Source of the DNA: Nymphaea colorata
Lineage: Eukaryota
DNA length: 64,000 nucleotides
Direction: 5' to 3'
Assembly (NCBI RefSeq): GCF_008831285.2
Contig: NC_045138.2
Coordinates: forward strand, 23,560,001 to 23,624,000
Numbering within the stretch: the first letter of the stretch is position 1; each line of letters opens with the position of its first letter. A program made the translations under genes and the position numbers. Positions 1 to 11,600 of this stretch are shown here, piece after piece. The notes beneath the pieces are model-generated. The model did not search any database and had not been told where the DNA came from. It saw only the letters and a program-made list of their open reading frames with translations.

Positions 1-1
1 C

Positions 2-312
2 AGATATAGCAGCGGCCAGTACAAAGAAAAGGGACTCTCCAGTAGTATAGATCAGAAATTCTTACAGTAATATATGGGCTCAATAGTTTTCGCTTATTTT
101 TGCTCAACAAAAAAGAAATAATAGTTAGGACCGATTGTGATGCTATTGTAAAGTTTTATGAAAATAAAAATTCTAAAAGAATAAGTCAGAGAAGATGGAT
201 ATCCTTTAAAGATACCCTTATAAACCAAAATTATAAAGTAACATTTGAACACATAAAAGGAGAAAACAATCGTCTAGCCGATATGTTAAGTAGATTGTTA
301 AAAGATGAATAG
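2..312 (+). pseudogene. 3' end of caulimovirid RT/RNase H polyprotein (frameshift near 53-55)
   Basis: Frame 2 gives RYSSGQYKEKGLSSSID. Frame 1 from 55 gives EILTVIYGLNSFRLFLLNKKEIIVRTDC...HIKGENNRLADMLSRLLKDE*, with the RNase H acidic residues (E, D in TDC, D in LAD). Confidence 0.85.
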
Positions 313-553
313 AGACATTGATGTTTATGAATCTGAAATAAGAAGACTTAATAAAATTGTCAGTTATCTCGACCAATCTAGAGTAAGGTTACATGACCTT
401 AACCCTGCTTTCTCCATCGAGATCAGAAAAGTTAGTGATGATCTTTTAGACATTGTTTTAAGCATGCAACAGTTAGTTGATGACATGAAACAAGAAAGGG
501 TTCAAGCATCTTCATCTCGTTCTTCAAATGACACTTCTGCATGTAGACATTAG
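305..553 (+). CDS. Small viral ORF (82 aa, coiled-coil-like), unknown function
   Basis: Intact ATG-to-stop ORF whose start overlaps the RNase H stop, with heptad-like hydrophobic spacing. Confidence 0.5.
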   Translation: MNRDIDVYESEIRRLNKIVSYLDQSRVRLHDLNPAFSIEIRKVSDDLLDIVLSMQQLVDDMKQERVQASSSRSSNDTSACRH

Positions 554-613
554 TCATGGTAGACAAGATAGAATGCATTGTTTCATTTAATATTTTTCTT
601 ATTACAGGACAAG

Positions 614-2030
614 ATGGCCTCTACAAACCAGTTGCCCCTTGACCCAGACCTAGGATTACCAATCTTCCCACCTCATTCAAATTTGGTCTTTCGAACTTCT
701 CCAGGCTTCATCCTTGATATAAAAGATCATGTCCTTCTAGACAACCTTTGGCAAAACAAAAGAAATCCCTCACACTCAAAAATCATTTCCTTATTAGCCA
801 GCCATCTCAACTTGAAAAACAGGCAACTTCAATCCAAAACTCTGCCCGAACTCTCCCTGGATCATATAACCCAACGACCTCAAACCTTGGATGTTATCTT
901 ACCCTAGAAAGGAGCCTAAAAGCAGCCCGAGCAGAAATAAGTTGGCGGAAAAAGGAAAAAGAAGAGCTAAATGAAAAAATACAAGCTCTAGAAACAGAGA
1001 ATATACTCTTCAGGGAACATGTTGAAGAAGAAACTAGGAAATTAGGAGAAAAAAGAGAAACAGTTCCCCCAAACATCCCATTAGTCAAGGAACAGATCTA
1101 TCATTTGGTGATGAAGGCAAAAAGAAAATAACAAGTTGACATGCAGAATCTATTAAGGACCATGGCACGACATTCAAAGAAGAGAAAGCCTGGTTTGGAA
1201 TTTGCTTTGCTGAAACATAAACATAACCCACATGAAGAAAGTTCTTTCTGTGAATGTGAACAAGGATTTTCCATTATACAAGCCACTCTTAACCTTAGAA
1301 AGTGGCAGGACCAAGAGATTCAGGGGATAAAACTTTCTCCCAAAACTCTTTTGGAGCAAGGATTTTTAAAACGAGTACTGGTTACGAAAGAAGAGCAGGT
1401 AAATATCTTGATTTTCATTGGCGATTGGCATACACATTAAGAAGGATGTTTAAACTTGGAAACATAAAGCCTTATGGCTATGTTAATTTAGACATTGAAA
1501 CTATTCCTCCTTCGTATGAATATCCTTGTGAAGCGAAACATGAAATTACAATCAATATCTACACTTCACTTTTTCCCCTGCAAACTCATATTCCTGAAGA
1601 AACTCTTCGAACTCTTCTTATTAATGAAGATGTATATTCCCAACTGAAGAGTTGGAGAGCTTATACAATTGCTGCAGACCAACATGCCCGGTGCACAAGA
1701 TCTACTTGTATGGTAGCTGAAGATAAAAATACACGAATCTTCCTAGCAGAGACTTGGCTTACTGAGAAATTTTACATTCCTTTCCAAAGTTTCTTACAGA
1801 TAAACCCTGGCCTCTGTGAACACTTCTGTCAAATCTATGATAGTAGTCCTGCAGAATGGACCGGTGATGATCAAAATGTCAAAGTAGTCATTCATAGAGA
1901 TGACAATGAAGATGAGTGGAATGTTGGTGATGAAAGAGAATGAGAAAATAATGAACAATACGAAGAAGAAATTATAGAAGAAATTGGAAACAACTAGGGA
2001 AAAATTGGGACGAAGCTGCTGAGTCCTTAA
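614..2030 (+). pseudogene. Disrupted large viral accessory ORF downstream of RNase H (ORF4-like position)
   Basis: ATG at 614 (MASTNQLPLDPDLG). ORFs 748-1131 and 1141-1440 share one frame, separated by a TAA at 1129-1131. It continues after frameshifts into 1302-1943 and an acidic tail. Confidence 0.55.
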
Positions 2031-3883
2031 CCCTGCAGCCTAACGTTTGTCAAGACCGGAAAAACTTGGCCCTTGTAAGTTATGGTTAAACTTTCCATGC
2101 ATACAACGTAAGCATCATCCGTTTGAGAAGAAACGTGATAAACTTCTCTTTGGGAAAATCCCCCAAGTTAAACATAGGATTTGCGTTGTAGATCATCGCC
2201 TCAAAGTCTACCCTGGAAAAACCCTCTAGGATAAATATGGGTTTTACGTTTGTAAATTTTTAAATTTTTGGCATAAAAATTTACCCTGTGACGCACCCCA
2301 AAGGATAAGCTCTGGGTCACATCCTGAAGCAAATCGTTTGGAGGCGCTTCTAGAAGATCGTTGTAGTTGCCGACCTTCTTTATGTAAATAAAGCAACGTT
2401 GCGTGAATAAAGAAGGAATGTTACACACGTTAAAAAAGTGAACACGTGGCTTGCCATTGAAGAAAAGACAAAGCGGCTACTGTAGCAGTCACTGTAGCAA
2501 TTACTGTAGCACTTCGGCGGATACTGTAGCGCACTGTAGCACTTTTTGACTTTTTGGACACGTTCGACTGCCACCTCATCCAGCACACGACAGCTGTCCA
2601 CCTTCGAGTTCCTTTGAGTGTAACTGCTTTTGTTTGTTTGCGTTTAGCTTGTTCGGGAAGGTATCCTATTCCTTTTCTATATTGTAATTTGTTTTCAAGT
2701 CTGGTGCCTATAAAGGCACCACCACAGCATCTGTATCTATCATCCTCACATCTATCCTCCATCCGCCTTCGAGTACTTGCTTCCGAGTGCTTGTCTCCCT
2801 CTCCCTTCCTCACTCATATCTTCCTTTTCTTCTCTACTCCCATGCTGTTGTAAGAAGTGAACCGTTGTCGACCTTCTTTATGTACATAAAGCAACGTTGC
2901 ATGAATAAAGAAGAAGGAATGTTACACGCGTCAAAAAAGTGAACACGTGGCTTGCCATTGAAGAAAAGACAAGCGGCTACTGTAGCAGTCACTGTAGCAG
3001 TTACTGTAGCACTTCGGCGGGCACTGTAGCGCACTGTAGCACTTTTTGGCTTTTTGGACACATTCGACTGCCACTTCATCTAGCATACGATAGTTGTCCA
3101 CCTTCGAGTTCCTTCGAGTGTAACTGCTTTTGTTTGTTTGCGTTTAGCTTGTTCGGGAAGGAATCCTATTCCTTTTCCATATTGTAATTTGTTTTCAAGT
3201 CCGGTGCCTATAAAGGCACCACCCCAGCGTCTCTATCCATCATCCTCACATCTATCCTCCATCCGCCTCCGAGTACTTGCTTTTAAGTGCTTGAGTCAAC
3301 ATAGGATTTGCGTTGTAGATCATCGCCTCAAAATCTACCCTGGAAAAACCCTCTAGGATAAATATGGGTTTTACGTTTGTATATTTTCGACATAAAAATT
3401 TACCCTATGACGCACCCCACAGGATAAGCTCTGGGTCACATCCTGAAGCAAATCGTTTCGAGGCGCTTCTAGAAGATCGTTGTAGTTGCCGACCTATGTT
3501 TAACTTAGGGGATTTTTCCAAATAGAAGTTTATCACACTTCTTCTCAAACGGATGATGCTTACGTTTTACATGGAAAGCACTGTACCCATGGAAAGTTTA
3601 ACCATAACTTACAAGGGCCAAGTTTTTCCGGTCTTGACAAACGTTAGGCTGCAGGGTTAAAGACTCAGCAGCTTCGTCCCAACTTTTCTCTAGTTGTTTC
3701 CAATTTCTTCCATAATTTCTTCTTCGTATTGTTCATTATTATCTCATTCTCCTTCATCACCAACATTCCACTCATCTTCATTGTCATCTCTATGAATGAT
3801 TGCTCCGACATTTTGATCATCACCGGTCCATTCTGCAGGACTACTATCATAGATTTGGCAGAAGTGTTCACAGAGGCCAGGGT
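1804..3883. repeat. Long inverted repeat, arms 1804-2178 and 3493-3883
   Basis: 3493-3883 is the reverse complement of 1804-2178 with scattered substitutions and one small insertion near 3568-3590. Confidence 0.95.
2370..3293 (+). promoter_or_regulatory. Tandemly duplicated viral intergenic/promoter module (copies ~2370-2793 and ~2868-3293)
   Basis: Two similar ~420 bp copies, each with AATAAA, CACGTG, five ACTGTAGC repeats and TATAAA (2709-2714; 3209-3214). Confidence 0.65.
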
Positions 3884-4263
3884 GCAACTTATGTAGCAAA
3901 CGGTGAAGACAGGGACTTGCTCCTCCTTCCGGTGAAGACTACCGACCTACTTGGCTTGTCCTGGCGTGTGGCCTTCATGTTCCCCTTTACAGTTGGCAGC
4001 GTAGGCATGGGCCAACTTTCTTTACTGGCACACAGCTCAGGTAGAAAAGAGCTGAATTGGTGTTACTCCTCGTTCATTGCATGGACTAGGCTTGGGCTGC
4101 GGTCGAGCCATCTTGCATGCAGCTGGACTGAGATAACTTGGTGCTGGGCTTAGTGCTAGGGTTGGGCTCAAGCTGGATGGTTGCGGTCAACTGGTACTGC
4201 TGCAAGAGGCTGGTCCATGTCCAGATGGCTATCTGAATGCACGCCATCTTGGTCGGGCAATGC

Positions 4264-4800
4264 CAGTAGCAGAGCCAAAAAAATTCATTGGAGGGGCACT
4301 TGTTTAAAAATATTCAAATTTAGTGGGGCACTTATATATATAAAGATAAATATTTAAGATTCTCATTTAAAAATAAAGAACTTTTGCTCACACCAGTCAC
4401 AATGTGGCTACGCATGGCCCAGGTGCATCTGTGTGGTGATCAAGGATTGCAAAGGGCTTGGACCTTTGAACATGGCTGAATTGGTCTCCCTTGAGCTGGC
4501 AGGAAGCGGCACATTAGCTTCTTAGTAGGGCTTGGCCGACATTTGCCAATAAAAAGGGTAAAGGCAGGGGACGAAGGGAAAGGGGCTGACATGAGCCATG
4601 GCCCCCCATCACATTTTAAGAAAAAAATAAGTGTACTTATATTTTTGAAAATTTGTAATTTAGATAGGCAAAAAAAATTGAAAAATATTGTTTGAGGCCT
4701 ACACAAATTTTGAAAATACCACTAAGTCCTCTTTAAAAGAAAAAAAATCTTGCCCTGCCCCCTAGGTGCTGTGAGCCAGCAAAAGCCACCTCTGCTAATG
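4264..4800. mobile_element. Probable decayed non-autonomous DNA transposon (MITE)
   Basis: Starts cagtagcagagcc...ggaggggcac, has AT-rich internal tracts and ends ...gccctgccccct...gccacctctgc. A similar start occurs at ~62304. Confidence 0.35.
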
Positions 4801-4859
4801 TGAGTAGAGGCTTTCTTTATCTTGAGATTTTGAATTTATTGATTAGTTAGTGCACAATA

Positions 4860-4887
4860 AGAGAGAGAGAATGGCAGCTCTTTCACC

Positions 4888-4943
<56 letters not shown>

Positions 4944-4976
4944 AGAGAAAGAGAGAGAGAGAGTTGCTTTCCCATG

Positions 4977-5066
<90 letters not shown>

Positions 5067-5082
5067 TAGCTCTCCCATGTCA
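4860..5082. repeat. Duplicated compound (TA)n(GA)n microsatellite
   Basis: Two consecutive (TA)n-gaaagagaaa(GA)n-...cccatgtcat units. Confidence 0.9.
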
Positions 5083-5628
5083 TTGTCGGTAATTAGAGGC
5101 AAGTGGGTGTACCTACCTCTCCCAAGTCATTGTCGATGATGGAAGGCAAGTAGGGTGTGCAGCAGGAGTAAAAGAGAGATATAAAAATTAAAGGGATGTA
5201 GAAGGTTCAATTGTTTTGTGATTTCTTATGTTGCCGAATGGTTAAAAAAACATCATAAATCATTGTTAAAAATATTATGAACTATTGTTTTAAATAATTA
5301 TTAATGCGACATAAGATAGCCTTCCATCTAACATATTTGAATCTGTATACATGGACATACTGGATCAAATCTACGATGAGAGATTTATTGAGTATTTGGT
5401 AGCCGATTTACATCTATCCATATGGTTTGTGCGTCCTTTGTCTGTCGGCTATGAATTCTTAACATGATAAACAAAAGCACCGACTGCCGAATATGGTGGG
5501 CCTGCCGTCACTCTCTAAGCCGAATGGCCAGTATTTTTTTATTAAAAAATATTTTTAATATATCATTAAAATTTAAAAAATATTAAATCATTTTGACACG
5601 AGCAAACCTCTAAGTCACTATCTTCTCC

Positions 5629-5631
<3 letters not shown>

Positions 5632-5697
<66 letters not shown>
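5632..5697. repeat. (TA)n(GA)n microsatellite
   Basis: Seen directly. Confidence 0.95.
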
Positions 5698-7289
5698 CTT
5701 GGACTTTTGAATTAATCACTATGCCAGCTCATAATGCACTGTCTCCTCCTTCCTGTATTTTATTTTTCTTTTAAATATTTTTTATACGTTCAATCATTTG
5801 AAGCATTCGTTACATCCACTCAATTTTCTTCCTTTTTTTCTTCAAATTTCATGTTTGTGACGAAAGTTCACGCTCTTGAGGTGAGTGTTTGCTTTTAGGA
5901 CATTAAATCTGCCAGTTATTTTACAATTTAACAGAAAATTTTCCTTCAAATTAACCAGTATTATTGCTTTTTTATTACATTACTATTGTAATTCTTGGGA
6001 AACAATATGTATTGCCGACAAGGGATCAAATAAAAATTTAAAAATTATCTTAACATAATCAGATTAATAAGCATTATATTTACCAATGTTTGGAGGAAGA
6101 GGATGCCCTTCTCGTATCACTGCTCGACAATCAATCAAATCTATTTTTCGCTTCCTCAAAGTCAAGTTTGGTGACTCGAATAAGTTATGACGGCAAGAAA
6201 TTTAGGGTAATTGGGATTTGGGCATCTATAAGCAATTTATGATGAGTGGACCATACGTTTATTGTTTGAGTGCGCGGATGGTATAAATCAGATTTTAAAA
6301 AAAAAAATTGTCTCTCTTGCCTTAATAACTTTGATTATTAATATCAACATGCAATTAAGCAGGAAGAAATCTCATCGCTCCAGTGAAAAACTTAAATTTC
6401 TTTAGGGTGAATCTAAGGTACACTTCAATTCGAATGTTTGTCAGCATGCTATTTGCAGTTGAGAGAAATAACATGTATGATAATTGAACTAATGACGCAT
6501 CATCAGCACAATACTCCAGCCAATCAATTATGTTAATTTCACAAATTTATAATGTGAGTTTGATATAAATTTGAGTAAAAAACAAAATTTATGTATAATT
6601 TAGATCTTGCTATTGAAATATAATGCCGTGTCTTTCTCTAGGTATTGTTTGGCCAACCACCGACGCCAAGAACAGGGAATGATACCACCCTATTTTAAAC
6701 GCGAAATTTGCATTTTAAGGACACCTTTAAAACTCAAAGTTAAATATGGACTCTCATTTTTATTTATTATTAGTTGAATTGTTTGTTGATGAGTACGTCA
6801 TGTCCGGTTTAGGAGCCTCCTATAAAAATTTTTTATGACTCATCATTTTCGAAAAGAAAAAATCATTCATTTTTTTTTTAAAAAAAAGGAAACCTGGTTT
6901 TGTAAAAGGGAATACAAAATCTAACCACCTTAATTATTATTTAAAAAACTAGGTTTTGAGTGTCATTGAAACTAGTAAATTAAGATTTTAAAATTAATTA
7001 AAAAACTTGATTTTCATGTACGTTAGGTCGGGACGTCGTCCAAATGCTTCCAAACTTTTGTTTTTATCTTCCTACTTTGTTTTTTAACGAGTCTTGTTAA
7101 ATGATAAAAACCTTGAAGTCCTTTCCTCGCTCAGATGTACGATAGACAGTCCTCTTAGGAAGAGCGTATGAGATCAAGATGTATATGCTGAGGGCACAAT
7201 TAAATAATAATAAAAAAAGAAATAGTTCAATAATATAGAAAAAATAACCATTTTCTTTTTTGGATTTGGTTTTAAAAAAATTTAGTAGT

Positions 7290-7762
7290 ATGGGGTTCAA
7301 CCCGAGGTCAGCCAATTCGAGCTTAGCTGGACCAATGAAACCTCAAACTCGACTCGGCTCGAGCTCGATAATAGCTCGATTGCTCGACTTGACAGTTACT
7401 TGTCGAGTTCGACATCGACTCAATTAAGACTCGACAAAACTTGTTTGAATAGAATTGATATTTATTGTTACGTGTTAAGCTTGAGTTTGACTCGATTGAA
7501 GTTTGATAAACTCGTTTGAATAGAATTGATATTCATCATTATGTGTTAAGCTCGAGCTTTACTCGATTAAGGTTCAGTAAATTCGTAAACTCGTTTGAAT
7601 ATATGGATTTGATTAAGACTTGACAAACTCGATTAAGACTCGAGCTCTACTGAGCAGTGATGTGTTAAGGTTGAACTTTACTCGCTTATTTAAATGAGTC
7701 GACTCACTCATTGCGCAAATGAGTCAACGTGAGCCAAACTTTAACGAGTCCACCAACCTCTA
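7290..7762. mobile_element. CTCGA/GAGCTC-rich non-autonomous element
   Basis: Dense ACTCGA/GCTCGAG motifs with an internal ~68 bp duplication. Related copies lie at ~37408-37775 and ~50150-50316. Confidence 0.55.
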
Positions 7763-8627
7763 GGGTCATAATTCAAATGGGTGGACTGAAACATGTCATA
7801 ATCGTCGTTGGAAACCATGACATATATAACCTGTTACCTGCTCTCCAGAAAATAGTGTATAAATGGAAAATGAAAAAACTGAAGCACGTATATGAAATTA
7901 CGCTTCAGGAAAGGACTCTAGTGAAAGCGTGCCACTGGGAGTACCAACTCTTAGCGGAATCTTCCTGTTCGTGTTCACCGCTACCGACCCTGGAAATCTT
8001 GAACTGGTAAAAAGCTACAGTCCTCCTCCTCAAGAGTGTCGGTGGGTCGTCTTTTCGGTTTTCCTTCTTTTTATTTCATGTCTCTGAAAATGGGAAATGT
8101 GGTGCTTAATTTATTTGTTCTTAATTAGTTCTTGCAGAATATAAGCAAGCTTTTTCACTCGCTGCTTCGCGGAGAAGCCCCTCTGTGAGCTGGCAAAAGC
8201 CAAGGCTTCCTCGTCTGGCGTTTCAGGTAGATCTTCTCGCTTGGGTATAAACCAGTTGAGGTTTTCTTTTTCTTGAGATTTTCAGTTCGTTGATTAGCGA
8301 GTAGAGCTCGGGGACGAGAATGCTGTAGCATTTGCAGTGGATCTGCAGTCCCTGATTTCTTGTTCTTCCTCCGCTTGTTTAGTCGTTAATACTTTTTGCA
8401 TTTTGTGAGAAAATTTTCCATCTGGTGTCAACAGGAGGGTGGGAGCTCTCTGCTCATAGTTGATCTGTGATTTTCTGAAGAGTGGGAGTATCCCGTGGTT
8501 GGTTCTTCATCTTTGCAACAAAGAAACGATGTCAAAGAAGTGAGGAACTCGAAAAGCTTCTTTGGGTGGAATTGGATCGGAACCCCTGGGATTTTAATCT
8601 GAGATCTTCTAGACCTGAAGATCGCTA

Positions 8628-11600
8628 ATGGATGCTGCCAAGGGTCTCGGATCTCGCGGGGGTAAAGACGAGGAGGCGGAGTATGGTCCTGACGGAGGTG
8701 AACCTGGGGTTAGTGTTCTTTTCTCATCTTTCTTCGTGTGCATTTTTATCTCCTCTTTTAGTTTCTCGTGCAGATCTAGAGAATTTTAGTTTGTTTGATT
8801 AACAAGTTTTATGTTGGTTTCACTAATCCCTTCCCTGGATCCTCATCATTGGATCTTCGTAAAGTTAAAGTCCTGCAATTGTGGGCTTCCTGAACTTTTT
8901 TCCATTTGGTTTAGCTTTGTTCTTCTTTCTTTCATTTGGTATTTCTTGACTTGTCTTTGATATTGAGTGGTGTCTTTGGTTGCAGATGAAGCACCCAAAA
9001 CATCTGAGTGGTCAAGTGTGCCAGATCTGTGGTGATGATGTCGGTTTGACCCTTGATGGCGAACCCTTTGTCGCCTGTAGCATTTGTGCATTTCCTGTGT
9101 GCAGACCTTGCTATGAGTACGAGAGAAAGGATGGGAATCAATCCTGCCCTCAATGCAAGACCAGATACAAAAGGCATAAAGGTATCGATCTCAGAACCAG
9201 CCACCATTATCACTTTAGATAATGTAGCAATGAGAGTCCTGATAAAAGTTCATGTGTTTCCATTTACAAAGCAATGGGCACCCTTGTTTCTAAAGGACCT
9301 GACAAAGACATGGCTTGGATCTGCTTTCAGGGAGTCCTCATGTTCGTGGTGATGCAGGAGAGAGGGACGATGTTGACGAGGTGGCTAGTGACTTCAATTA
9401 TCCATCTGGTAATGAAAATCGGAGGCAAAAGATTGCTGAGGCAATGCAGAGTTGGCAGACAAGCTATGGGCGTGGGGCAGAAGCAGGACGTGTTTACGAC
9501 AGACAAGAGGGCTCTCCAAGCCAGATTCCTAGACTGACCAGCGGTCCGGCGGTAAGTAGCCCCCTAGACATGGTGATTTTTCTTTTCCTTAAATCCATGC
9601 CCCTAAATGATATATAGATGGTTGTCCAGCTTTCTGGGGAATTGCCTGCAGCATCACCTGACCATCACACCATGGCATCTCCACCTGGTGGTAGTGGTGC
9701 AACAAAGCGTGTATATCCACTTCCTTATACAGATCCAGGTATATTGTGTTTTTGACTCTTTTGTTTGCTGTTACTGTACCATAATTTTCTGTAATGAATT
9801 GGAATAAACAGTTGAAATCCTTTTAACTTGCAGCGAGTCTCAACACCTCAAGGGAGTTTGGTTCGCAGAGTTTCGGCAATGTTGCATGGAAAGAGAGGGT
9901 TGAAAGTTGGCAAAAGAAGCAGGATAAGAATGTGGTGCATAATGTAACAACCGGAACAACTACTGCTTCCGAAGGAAAAGCTGGAGATATTGATGCTTGT
10001 ACTGATGTTAACATGGATGACCCCCTATTGTAAGTTCTTGGGAATTACAGGTGCTCTATTTTGTTTAGTATAGAACATGAAATAGTTTATTAGTGACCAT
10101 GATTAATTTTTGGACAGAAAACCTAACCAACTGTAGGTACGCAAGAATATTTTTACATTGACAACCATTTTTGCATAGGTTGACATTGTTAGACCCCCCT
10201 ATGGATCTCATTCTCGAGCAATCAAGAGGAGCTTTGATGAATGAAATTTTTCTGCTTTTACATGTCCGTCATTTTCACGTTTAACCTGCAATGATGCAAT
10301 TAATAGAAGAACTTGACTGAAAGTGCAACTTTAATACATCTGTGTGATGGTTCTTTAAATTAGTAAAGGATTTGCTAAGTTCTCATCATAGACCTTATTG
10401 TAAGTCCATTTGTTATTATTTGCTGGGTATTAACTATCAGTTCATTGATAATGACGAAGCTGTCTTCAATCAAAACCACCTCCAAATATGGTTAACCTAT
10501 GGTGACAGTGTAACAATCTAAGTTTGAGTGCCTTTACATATCAAAGTGAGAAAGTATTTAACTAAGACTTCGATAAAATGCTTATGTGAAATTGCAAAAC
10601 CAATGGTCAATATATGTACTTGTGGTGCCTATAGCCTAGTGCTTAACGGCTTAATGCAGGCACAACTTTCGTGCTCTTGCAAGCAAAATATCTACTGCTT
10701 CTATTCTTCTTTTAAGCAAAAGAACTAATGCTTTAAGAGGAGCAGACGGAAGGCTGAGCTGTTATCTAGGTCGTGTAAGCTGGATGCTACGTCTGAGACA
10801 ATGCTCCCATCTTGTTGGGAACCAACTCTCATCTAGGTTTCATTACAAGGTTTCTTCACTGAGAATCAAAAGTCAGATCTTAATCTCAAAGGAAAAATCA
10901 TCTCTCTTTCTCTCTCTTTCAAAACACTGGCAGTTGCATTAGAAGTCTTTCCTGTTTGTGCTTCCTTGTCATCTGACTATTTTTTGACCATTTTCTTTTA
11001 TAGGAATGACGAAGCTCGGCAACCACTTTCAAGGAAGGTATCTATTCCTTCGTCAAGGATAAATCCTTACCGGATGGTTATTGCTCTTCGGCTTGTTATC
11101 CTTGCTTTTTTCTTACATTACCGTATAACAAATCCAGTAAGAAATGCCTATCCTTTGTGGCTTGTATCTGTGATATGTGAGATATGGTTTGCCATATCCT
11201 GGATACTGGATCAGTTCCCAAAATGGTTCCCAGTAAACCGTGAGACATATCTTGATCGGCTTGCACTGAGGTAAGATGTCACTTCTCATCCATTTCAAAT
11301 CAATGTTAGAATCGTCATCGAGGTGTGATGGTCAATACTTTCACCCTGCAGGTATGACAGAGAAGGAGAGCCTTCTCAATTGGCTGCTGTGGACATTTTT
11401 GTGAGTACAGTTGACCCTTTAAAGGAGCCCCCACTGGTGACAGCCAATACGGTGCTGTCAATTCTTGCAGTTGACTATCCCGTTGACAAGGTCTCATGCT
11501 ATGTTTCTGATGATGGTGCTGCTATGTTGACATTCGAAGCTCTTTCTGAAACTTCAGAATTTGCTCGAAAATGGGTTCCTTTCTGCAAGAAGTACAACAT

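Larger units (their letters stand above)
1..3883 (+). mobile_element. Endogenous caulimovirid (plant pararetrovirus) fragment, rearranged; RNase H resembles the badnavirus/tungrovirus side of the family
   Basis: RNase H C-terminus RYSSGQYKEKG..SID/EIL.VIYGLNSFRLFL...IVRTDCDAIVKF...RRW..F...FEHIKGENNRLADMLSRL. No integrase follows it. Accessory ORFs follow, then a non-coding region with TATAAA and AATAAA motifs. It is internally duplicated and inverted, and runs off the left edge. Confidence 0.85.

Noticed and set aside
1..312. Assignment as florendovirus or as an LTR-retrotransposon RNase H
   Set aside because: The motifs (SID.EI, RTDC.AI..F, RRW..F, FEHI.G..N.LAD.LSRL) fit the badna/tungro-like pattern better as I recall it, and no integrase follows. 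The genus cannot be fixed without a phylogeny.
2479..2540. Regularly spaced ACTGTAGC repeats, and CTCGA arrays at 7290-7762, as CRISPR-like arrays
   Set aside because: The repeats are too short, have no unique 25-45 bp spacers and no cas genes, and sit in a eukaryotic viral/TE context.
4850..5092. YIYIYI ORFs (also at 27689 and 38680)
   Set aside because: Translations of (TA)n microsatellites.
8139..8627. CesA TATA (~8140) and 5' UTR intron starting CAG|GTAG at ~8228
   Set aside because: Plausible, but the acceptor and TSS cannot be fixed without transcripts.
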